A DNA stretch of 40,788 nt from Paraglomus brasilianum (taxonomy: Eukaryota), in contig CAJVPI010000229.1 of assembly GCA_910592345.1 (NCBI GenBank), positions 1-40,788 on the forward strand, in the 5' to 3' direction. The position numbers and the translations under genes are program-made. Every line of letters begins with the position of its first letter. The first letter of the stretch is position 1. Positions 24,901 through 35,872 of this stretch are shown here, piece after piece. The notes beneath the pieces were generated by a model. The model made no database searches. It was not told where the DNA came from and worked only from the letters and a program-made list of their open reading frames with translations.

Positions 24901-26649
24901 AGCAGATGTATAAATTATAGCCCACCAACTGAGACAATTGGTCCTAAACACTCCATTCTGTATTGAGGATGGTGCACATATTTCTTGATCCCATACGAAA
25001 TATTCGAATTCATCCAAATAATGCCTTATGTCTCTTATGAGCAATGATGCGCTCTCAATACTTCCATTCTTGCACATCGCATAAAAGTCAAAATGCGTGT
25101 ATGATACTTGGCCATCTATTTGGTCTAACTCTTTTACGCGATTACTGTATTCTTTACTAAGCAAGGCTTCCCCTTCTTTCTGGGAAAGGAGGTTTATACA
25201 ATGCACTTGGTCATAACAGCGTGTAAGCTTATTGAAATGTCGTTGAGTTGCCGGTTGGGTGGCTTCAGGACCTCTGGATATGATCATTTTGTGAAACACG
25301 ACTTGAAGTCCCTAAAAGCAAATACACAGAATTAATAAAGTAACTGAAAGTATTATGACGACACAAAGCTCTTACTTGTTGTTCCCAGAATACTGGAACA
25401 CTTCCACGTATTTGAATATACGATAACGTCCACTTGTCCGTATGCAAGATGGTTTCCGTCTACGGATAGATACCGAGGCGTGAGATTGCTCGTTTTTATT
25501 ACTGATAATTCAGGTGTTTTATTTGACGTACCTCGATAAAATTTGCAACGTTTCCGTCATCATCAATCCCCCGAGTAGCCAGTCGAGATCCTAATAGAGT
25601 AATCATTTAATCTCAATTCTTATGGAGGACACTAGAAACCCCCTAGATTTACATACCAGCACGCTCGCAGCTTATTCGGGATATTACGGCCAAGGATACA
25701 TTTTCGTCTCCTATTGTCATTTCTTTTCGCCCAATGTAGCCTTGAATGGCGAGAATCTTATGCAACAAACAACTTGTAAATACATTTGTAATCATTGATA
25801 ATTGCGTTGATTAGTCTAAACACTTGCTAAATACATACAAAAAAGCAACATAAATCCATTTCTTTTCTGTCCTTTTCATCAAGCTTCTCCCGGAAACTTA
25901 GCAACTCGTTAATCATGAATTTGTTCCAAAGATAGCCCTCCTGAAATAGATATTTATTGACCTGAGGCTCTCCTGCTCTGCAGTAGGATTCAGATAGCGA
26001 TTTGAGATGACAAAATACATAGTCGGAATTCATTAACGGATGAAGGTGAGCAATCACGCTCAATTACCTCTCCTGGAGATTTCTCGTTAAATCAAAGTCA
26101 GAAGAGAAATAGAAATGCCCGTTGGAAAGCAACTTCTTTACGTGCATGTATGGATGCGTGCCGGACGAAGTGTTCTCTTCAGCATACAATGGTGATTGAT
26201 TAATGTCCCATGCATTATTAGTTAAAGATAAAAATTCAACATCAAGTATACGATGAATCGACTCTCCAGGACGAATGTATCCAATATGTTCGCATTCTGT
26301 CACTATAGCGAGGAAGATAGCTTCGATTGAAACAACATTATGTCAGTTTACTGATGAAGATCCTATCAATTCATTGAGATAGATAATATATCGAGTTTGC
26401 GAGTCAACAACCTTTTTCAAAAAAAGTTAAACCGAAACAACCATAAACAGGCCGGGAAAGGAGCATTTTGAAATCTCCGTCTTCGAATTCTGTGTCCGTC
26501 AATAATTTTACATTGCATTGTGGATCAGAGTCATTTGAATTGTCAATGTTCTCAAATACTATAACATTTTTTGGAGAGCCCTTGGCTATCCGGGTTGAGC
26601 GAAGAGCAAAACTGCGAGGTTTACTACGACCGTAAAGTATGGATTGCAT
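21906..26649 (-). CDS. Synaptojanin-like polyphosphoinositide phosphatase (Sac1 domain + inositol 5-phosphatase domain; INP51/52/53 family), many exons
   Basis: Sac: [51 protein letters not shown]. 5-phosphatase: [46 protein letters not shown]. The last exons and the stop at 21906 are less certain. Confidence 0.93.
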
Positions 26650-27395
26650 TCTGGCTGCATGATATCCCTAGAATGCTGAATGTCTATATTTCTATGTGTA
26701 AAGTTGAGATCTACAATTGACTTGCAATATTTCCCGATAAGGATACGCTCCATGCTTGGCAAAAGCATATTACAAAATAAACAAATTTTTGGGGCTTCAA
26801 CAATTTGGTTTATTGGTGTACTAAAAAACAAAACAAAGATTCTTTGGCGGCTACAGTGTCTCTCAAAACCCATATTGACGGGTGATTACAGTAGAAAATT
26901 ACGAGAGCGCTGGACAACCTAAGCGAACTATTAAGATGGAATCGTGGTGCCTATGTTCATCCGGCGCTGCAATTACTAAGTTTGGCAATCTAGTGAGTAT
27001 GCCATCGAAGGAATTCGACTCGAAAAAGGAGCAAGTTGCACAACGGAATTTTACACCAAACAGAAAATTCGGGTCGTCCTCCTAACTTAAATTTCGATAA
27101 AGATAAACATCTGCAATGAACTAAATATTTTACAATTGCAAGTAGCATTGCTTTATTTTTCAGCTACATTCCATTGTAGGGCCAACGTTAACAACCATGG
27201 AACGTCAAACAGCTACTTTCTTAATGTATGCGTGGTCATAAGTTTACTCAAGTTGAAATAATTATGAACGGACAAACGCAACCAGTCCTGTCTCTCAGAA
27301 ACTTTTCGGCAAGAAGTTCTATGCTATTACAATATGCTTGAAATTCTTTTCTTGTTCACATATTATTTCATATAACCAACCCAGCAATATACATA

Positions 27396-28424
27396 TCAAA
27401 ATTTCCTTCCAGACGCGATCCAGTACTCAAACTCGTAACTCTTTTGATCACTTTCAATAAACTTCTCAAAAGTAAACGCGATTTCCACTCGTATGTCGTC
27501 TAAAACACTTGTATTTTCAAACACACTTTTAACGTCTTCAAGCTTGAATCCTCCTCGATGGGCTATGGTATCGATGACATGTCCGCCGTCTTCATGGTTA
27601 TGCACATGCAAATTAGGCGAAGCTACGGCATCATTGTGTTTACCGTTTTCATGTTTGTTAGGCGAGGCTACGGCATCATTATGTTTACCGTCTTCATGTT
27701 TGTGCAAATGGTCATCATGATTACTACGCGAATGGAAAACATGGGAAGTCTCTTTATCGTACTTCAGATCGAGAACTATCAGATGCCCAGATGGTTTGAG
27801 ATAGGAGGCGAGGATACGCGTAATATCTTGTGGAGAGGAAAAGTGATGGTAGGATGAAGAACACTAAAAAAAAAAAAAGATTGAAGATTGCAAATTTTTA
27901 ATTGATGTTTTGTATAATGTATACAAGATACGTATATGCCTACCACAATGATATCAAATCTCTTCCCATTCAATTGATCTCCCTTTTCACTTGCTTCTTC
28001 AGTCAACATTTGACAGACTGCCTCCATTTCTTTCTTGTCGATTCCCTGTTGCCAGCATTTCTGATTGTATACATCCGCCATTCCCTGTGATGCATCTACG
28101 CCGAGTATGTACTTTGAGTGAGAAGCTAGCTTCTCAGATACCAAGCCTGTTATTTGCAATAGCTTGTAAGATCAGGCGTGATAAAAGCATTAGCAGATAA
28201 AAATGATATCGACCTGTTCCACAGGCAAAGTCCATGACTTCAGTTGTATTTGCATCGAACAAATGGCCGTATTCGCGAATAATAGCCTCTCCACATTTTC
28301 TACCAATCATAGATCGCATGGGATGAGTATCGTACGACTCGGCTATTTCATTGAAATAAGTCTTGTTCCGATCCACTATATCAGATACATGGGATGATTG
28401 CGAGGACTCTGGCTGAGAAGACAT
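27396..28424 (-). CDS. Class I SAM-dependent methyltransferase with His-rich insertion, 3 exons
   Basis: VMDFACGT|G, LGVDAS, FDIIV|CSSSYHHF, LKPSGHLIVLD, then a His-rich tract and AHRGGF. Confidence 0.88.
27613..27702 (-). repeat. In-frame 45-bp tandem repeat x2 (KHE[D/N]GKHNDAVASPN)
   Basis: Units 27613-27657 and 27658-27702 differ at 3 positions. Confidence 0.9.
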
Positions 28425-29054
28425 CTCTAATGATATGCACTAGTTCCGCAACTAATGATCTCTTTCATTGTTTAAATCTGCGCCAATTGTCACACCTCCT
28501 TAAACTTTAACCAGTTATAATTATAATCATGTGATGTAGTGCTTCAAAAGTCAAATAGATAAAACATTTGTAAGGCAGGAAATGCTAAAACCCTGGTTAA
28601 CGAACTCTGATTTAGGATATCGCTTCATATGGACGGGGACGTTATTTAAGAGAAAATATGTATATTAATATTCTAGCATGTATCGATAATTAAGTGTGCA
28701 TTTCGTTGTACAAAAAGGCGATTGCGCAAAAGAACAGTTTTCTCGTTAACCCTTAATCGTACTTTCATAATCATTGTCATTTTATTGGCAATATATAAAT
28801 AAATTCTTACAGCATACTATTACATCAATTGAGAAGCTATCTTTTGGAGCGGTTTAATTTCGATGCCCATTCCTGCTCTTTATGGAAAAAATTATTGTGG
28901 CTACCCTTTCCATAGTAAGCTAACAATGAATGTTATCTAATACTCTCCAATGCGGTAATTGCTTTTGATCATGCTGAAATGGTCTTCCTTGTTCCATCAT
29001 AAATAATGTGAAATAGTTAGAAGGGCAGCATCTATGTTATATATACTGTACATA

Positions 29055-29144
29055 CAGTACTGCCCAAAAAGTATTGGTTGCTCCTCGACAAAACATAGTA
29101 AAACCCAATTTCAAAATCTCTATTTATATTGTCCATACGTACTG
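29055..29144. mobile_element. Possible degenerate Tc1/mariner-type MITE remnant
   Basis: Left end TA|CAGTACTGCCCAAAAAGTATT resembles Tc1-type termini; right end ...GTACTG is inverted CAGTAC, but is followed by TG rather than TA. Confidence 0.25.
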
Positions 29145-29442
29145 TGTAGCTACTTTGAAGCTAACACTAACAGATTGTAAATTTTAAATTGTTACTGCAA
29201 TGAAGTAGTTCGACGAATTATGATTCATACATTTTCATATGTGTAATATAAATACTGCCACCTCTGTCCAACGGTCTAGTTGACAAATATGTATTATTTT
29301 TTATATTGCTAACTTATAATGGTAAATAACGCGTCATTAACCGCAGCCGAGTATTATGCAGGAGTTCGTTAGCAATTGTTACGCAAATGTCAGCTTCTCC
29401 ATCACTTCGCTTTGCATTCTCTTCCCATATCCACGTATCCGA

Positions 29443-31525
29443 ATGGTAGCGTTCAAACTAGGAAGCAATAATAGACTCCTAACGGTATTATATGTTATAC
29501 TCTTAGTATTGATTTTTGTCGCTTATGACGGAGAGACGAGCAACGTAGCTTATTTTGAAGCATTCAAGCCAGTCGGGAAAAATGCGAAGAAGGTTGCGAT
29601 TATCGGTGAGTTTAATATTATTTATCAAGATGATCCGCTCCGCTTACTTTTCTGTAAACGACAAAAAAAAAAAACAAATGCCTTTGATTAACTTTTTCGT
29701 TTTTCTGCATTCCCAATAGGCGCCGGCATAGGCGGCGCCTCGACGGCCTACTATCTCTCTAAAGCCTTCGCGAATTCTTCTGTTCATTTACAAACGACTA
29801 TTTATGAGCGATCTTTTCACATCGGCGGACGATGCAGGGCGCTGGAAATCCCTTACGGGAATCGGACATACATTGTAGAAATGGGAGCATCTATTTTTGT
29901 AGATGTCAATTATCACATGATGAATGCGACGAAAGAATTTGGATTCAAATTTAAGAAACCTCCGGCAGATATGAGGGTTGGTATGTAAGTACAAAAAAAA
30001 AAAGAAATTTGATTGTAAAGGGGGTTAAGAAAGATGTTAATGCTGGACTTGATTACTTTTTGATTTTCTTTTGCCTAGATGGGATGGAGAACAATTCGTA
30101 TTTGAAGAATCGAAGTGGTATTACTTGAATGTATTAAAGGTTCTTTGGAAGTATGGGCTAGCACCACTGAGAGTATGTTGCTTTGTGAATCAAGCTTGTA
30201 TCTAAACAATACGATCTTCTAATTCTAACGTTGTTTCTCTGCTTTCCTCACAATCCATTCACTTTTTTTTATTTTGCCATTTCCCTCGCTTCTTTCTATT
30301 TTCTAGGTAAAAACCATGACCAGAGACAAGGTCAACCGATTTTTATCTGTGTACAATCTTCCATCACCATTCACAGATATGCTCCTGCTCTCGTCCGCAC
30401 TTGGACTAGAAAGCGAACCTCAACATACCGCCGAACACTATCTCAAAAACCTTAACAACGTTTATCATCCGTATCTGTCTCATTTTGTTGAACCGGCAAC
30501 GCGAGTAAATTATGCATCGAATCTAGATGATATCCATGCTCTCGGTGGGTTCATTTCGTTGGCGCCGGAGGGTGCAAAAGGGATTGAGGGAGGCAATTAC
30601 CAGGTGATGGTTGAATTTGTAAACAGATCGGGTGCGACGGTGAAATTAGGAAATGCTGTGAAGAGTGTAAAAAAGATTGACGAAAGGGGGGAAACAAAAT
30701 ATGAAGTTGTGGGAAGTGACGAGAAGGCCGAAGTGTTCGATGCTGTTGTCTTGGCAGCTCCGATTGTAGGTATTTTTGTTTGATGCGAGGGGATGGGAAT
30801 GGGAATGGTGTATGAATTGATTAACGATATGTAGAACATTTATGATTAATAGCGGTGTTGTCATCGATGTTAAACTTGATGATATAATAATTATAACTGC
30901 TGCAATACTAATTATCTATAATCAATTGGCAGCAATTTACAAACATACATTTCGAAAACATTAACGTCGACTTTCCAGAAATTCCTTATCGGACATTGCA
31001 TGTTACATTCGTAATTGGTCAATTAAGCTCAAAGTACTTCAAACATTCCTCTCATGAATCCCTTCCTGAGTACATCTTAACAACAAGGACCAGCACAAAA
31101 TTCAACTCGATTGGCACGTCTCATATACTTCCTGATGGTAATTCTATCATAAAGATATTTTCCGAGAAAGAGTTGATGGACGGAGATCTGGATGAGTTGT
31201 TCGAACGATGGTCATGGGTTCATAAAAAGGTGTGGAAGGCATATCCACAACTGTTGCCAAATCAGACCTATCCGCCTGTGAAGATTGAAGATGGGTTTTA
31301 TTATGTTAACAGCTTTGAGCCCTTTATTTCGGTAACGTATTTTAACAAGAATGGGCGAATGGAAAGAATTCAGAATAGATCATGCTTATTAAAAATGTGT
31401 TACTGATTAAATTTATTTCTTTATCTATATAACAGACTATGGAAACAGAGGCCGTCTCCGGGAGCAATATTGCTCGCTTGATTCACAAACGATGGGCGAA
31501 GGTTGACATCAAAGCCAAATTATAG
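29443..31525 (+). CDS. Prenylcysteine oxidase/lyase (PCYOX1-like FAD enzyme), multi-exon
   Basis: N-terminal hydrophobic segment; KVAIIG|AGIGGASTAYYL (FAD fold), IGGR, EMGASIF, ATRVNY, IEGGN, AYP, YYVNSFEPFIS|TMET. Ends KAKL* at 31525. Confidence 0.92.
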
Positions 31526-32014
31526 AAACTTTATTAGAAAATAAATTAAAAAAGTACAAGTTTAATTTAATCCAATCCATCCGGAAGTTCCGCTCTATAT
31601 ATATGATGTTTTGTACAAATGATATTTATCTTTCATTCAAGACCCAGCCCGAGACACATTGATGGTCTCGTTTCGAAATGAGTAGCCCAGAATTTAACTG
31701 TTATGTTTGTCGCGAAACAATTTGGGTTCCAGCGGATTAATAATTCACTCCGAGTGAGTATTCTTAAATCCCAGGTTTACATAGTGACGGGATTTACATA
31801 GCATTAGTTTACATTCGAGCCGAAGATCCAGCCTTTTTTAAAACAGAACAGCAACCAAATACCAATGAGATCCCAGGTATCTGTCCGATTATAAATCTAT
31901 TTCATCCCCTGTAAAGTAACACCGTCTCGCGAGGACGAGATGGACGTATTTCGATTTTATTCGCGTAATCATTGACGCCGCTATGACACATCCAGATTAT
32001 GCATAGACGAGACG

Positions 32015-35000
32015 TTAAATTTGTCTCGTATCCATCTTATCTGAAACAGATTCTGACTCATCTACAGTCTCAACCTTACGAGCACGCATGAGAGTGATTC
32101 CGTAGTAAAAACGAGTAATCAAGTTGACTATGAGCATAACCGATGCGGAGACAAGAGAAAAGAGTGGGACTATGTCATACGTGATAGTATTATTTTGATA
32201 AATGATCTATTGCATTGTAAAAATATTACCGTTGAGTAAAGTGTTGTCTTTCACTTTCAAAATGTTATTTCCAAGTTTTACTCACCTGAACAATGAACTG
32301 CGGCACATCCTCAAGGAAGAAGTTACCAGTGCTCGCCCAAAATATTATACGATGGGCTCGTTCACTGAAGGGTGCTGAGAAAAACGGCCATTTACACATA
32401 TCACAGTCAAGACTTCAATATTTGCAGCAGCTATGACTGTGAAAACGGCAGCAATCTGTGAGTATGATTGAGTCCAGAAAATGAATTTGGACGAGCGTGT
32501 ATTCTCAGTGATCATTATGTATAAAGCCATAGTCACGCTGTAGACCACCGCGATTATGAGGATGAGAATGCTGCACGTCTTTTCCATCATCACAATGAAA
32601 GCGACGTCAACAACAAAGTCATAAAGAACGAGCGCAAGTGTGAAAATCGCGCTATTTTGGGCCTACGTTAAAAAGACAGTGAATTAACGGTTGCATAACC
32701 ATATATAATAATAAGAGCTATGTACTCACCTCTGGGTTAATACGCCTCGCCAAGAGATAAAGTAATCCTATCAAAAATACTGCGGCAACCCCAATGATTA
32801 CATTCAGTTTATACTCGTTCCATAAATTAGCTACAAAACCAATAAAGTTAAAACTTTCAAACCTGATTTCCCCATTATGCTATTCCCGATCATGTCTCGT
32901 TATAGCGCACACGTTCGATGTGGACACCATAGTTTTCGTCCACGAGCACAGTCTCTGGTATACGAGAAGCCATCGTAATTGCCTTGTCCTTAATTATCAC
33001 GTCTAAATCTTTAAGTACTGAATCCACGCCCATTTCCGAGTCACTGGTAGCCGCAGAGACTTGAAGAGATAATAACACTCGGTTTTGTCCGGATTTAGAG
33101 TCGATTTGGAAATAGATAGTCGGGATGGAGAGGTAGGAACAATGGATGCAAGAGAGTTGCTGAGAGAAGAGAAGAAGTTGGAACGGTCAGAGTTGGATAG
33201 TTCGAGAAAATGGGAACTGCCCGAAGGAGTTAGACTGATGATTGCTGTTGTGGAGGGAGAGTAAACATCTTGCGGTTGTATTGAAGCTGAGAACGATCAA
33301 TGGTAATCAATAATAATCCAAGACACCTATTGGCAGTTCTCTTTGAGAGTAGTAATACTTACATGTTCGGAATTTCCATTGTCTATTAATCCCGGGAATC
33401 GGCGCGTCAGTGTCTTTGGCGTTAACAAACCCAGTCTCTAGCACTACGAAGTAAGACATGTTGGGTTCATTGAAAGTACTGTGAAGCACTTGCAAAGTCA
33501 CTGTTTGATTTTGTGCGTCTATTTTCCAGTATTAGAAATAGACCGGCGAGTATGTTTGACGGAGAAGTATGTTCATGTCATCGGTAGCGTATATGGAGAC
33601 GTTTCCTGCGTTTGGTTTTACTTGCATGTCGTATGTGATGCTTATATCGGTCTTGCGAATAGGTATTTCTTCGTTAATGGCAGGCGATGTTGTTACAATA
33701 TTTGGATTCTGGTAGTCAATATCTAAATGTGATGGATCCGGTGATATCAGTCATCTAATCTAGAATTTGTAGTCTCTAAGCGTATTTTTTACGTACCATA
33801 GGTTGTAAATTTGGGTAATTGATTGACCACGACTGTGTGAATCATCCATCCAATGCCAAATGGTGTTATTTCTTGAGTAGACAAGTATTATAGGGACTGG
33901 ACTCGCGAATTTCACGCTTTTCGCGGTTTTACCGCTTGGGTCTAGCACGATTGCATCTTGAACGACCATATTCGTAATCGAATCAACAAAGTTAACTACC
34001 AAGTAACCTCCGTTGAATAATGGACATATTCTACCGCGTCAACAAGAATGTTGGGATCAGCATTTAGTGCAAAATTGTCATAAGAAACTCCCATTGAATA
34101 GAAATTTATTAGGCAAACATATCCGCTACCATCATATGTTACGCTACACGCGTTATTACTGATCTGAACATCTGCTGGGCTCGTCCATACATTGCTTGGC
34201 TTGGTGACTTTGTTAGTGTCTGGATGGAGGAACAAAACTTGTAAACTCCATTGAGAGGTGGTTGCAGTCTGAACGTTAAGGTTCGTTACAACAAAGGCAC
34301 AACCATATCCACCGCCGATTGTGCGAAAGATGTTGATACCAAACGTTTGAGTTCCATCCCTGAGATTGGGGGCGAAGGTGCCATTACCTAAAGCGTAGTT
34401 TTTTCCATCTTCGGTTCTAAGCCGATCATTTATTTTAGGTTAATACAAACTCGTTGTAACAACATGACAGTAACCATCCAGTTGACTTACACTGTCGAAT
34501 ATCGTCTCCAAACTATCGACTTGTCTTCGCGTACAACCTTTGCAAACAAGAACCCAGCCTCAGGAAACAGACTTCTGTAAACCTCACCAGGAAAGCCATC
34601 GTGACTCCATACTGTCGACTTCTATGTCTTCTAGGTACGTCAGATATATCCAACCATCCGTCAAACTGATCATTGATATTCTGCTACTACTAGTAAAATT
34701 GGAACAGTAATTGTAACTGCTCATGTTAAGTTGGGGCGTGGATGTTATTAGGGAGGATAGTTCGTAGATATATGTCTAGTAAAAGCACATTGGGGAACGT
34801 TGGCAGCTTTTTGAATACGAACTATTGTTGGCCCATCACTTTCAGCTATGGCATCCGCCACCGTGAGCCCTTCAATGGATTCGTTGTATGTAAATTTGTT
34901 GTCGTAAGTTTGTGGATATCCGTACGCACGATAAGGAGAGAAAAGAATGTGGAACCCCGCTCCTGTAGAGTTTTCATGTTAGTTTGGCCAAAGCAGCCCA

Positions 35001-35073
35001 CGCTCACAGCTGAAGGGAATGTATGATGATAAACAACTATGCATGGTAGTTCGTATTTTCCACAGTGTATTCA
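32015..35073 (-). pseudogene. Frameshifted large membrane protein: long extracellular region, Ig-like segment, multi-TM C-terminus
   Basis: Collinear fragments FTYNESIEG..., STFNEPNMSYFVVLETGFV...PIPGI...WKFRT, TM helices, FSAPFS...FLEDVPQFIVQ|IIYQ...YDIVPLFSL. Frames switch without splice sites (e.g. ~32385, ~34775). 5' end approximate. Confidence 0.7.
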
Positions 35074-35872
35074 TTGTCGCAAGTGTCTCTCGCTACTTAG
35101 AAAACAAGGCATTAACGTTCCTTATTAGTGCATACAATATGAAATTTTATTTTCGAAATAAATTAACATGTTTTACTAGTATAACTGTGTACGTTCTTTT
35201 TATTTGATATTAATGGGCTTTTCTCATTGTAGTCTTCTCTCTAGTATATTGGATGCAATGCTCCCTGTGGTGATGCTTGGTAGAGCTGTGGAGGCTGACC
35301 CGTTGTGTGTAAGCACCTTAACGTTCAATCGTAGGTGCAGCTAATAAAGGAACGCAAAACTCCAGGTAAAGTTTCATTTGACACGTGTTGTTGGAGTCTA
35401 GTTTCTTCATTCGCCCTACCGAAATGCAAACACCAATCACCCAAGGCACGTAAACACAATGACAAACTCATCATCGATATTAATATCATGATGTTAATTC
35501 ATCTCCGACTTAATTATTCATCATCGATATCAATTCATCTAACGCGTTACTACAAATACGTGTCAACTATAAATTCTTTCAATGACACGTTGATTCGACC
35601 AGTTTCTTGTAATGACTAATAACCCACAAATAATACTAACACAAGATTGTATTGCCATTGAGGAGTAAGTATGAAGCGAGTTGTTGTAAGGCAAAAGGCG
35701 TCATTAGTAAGAATAGCTATTATGACGGGCGGATAAGTTAAAAGGAATGAGTAAAAAGTACAATACAAAATATGCGCATATACTTATGCTCTTTTCATCG
35801 TTCGTCGTTCAATCGGAAAATTTTAGACAACGCACGGACCAGCCAAGTAATCCTCTATTAGGAAATACAGAA

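Noticed and set aside
3826..28424. Three methyltransferases as a biosynthetic cluster
   Set aside because: They are unrelated families, far apart, separated by housekeeping genes, with no backbone enzyme.
31581..31592. ggaagttccg resembling the RNase P P4 5' strand
   Set aside because: No complementary 3' P4 strand found downstream.
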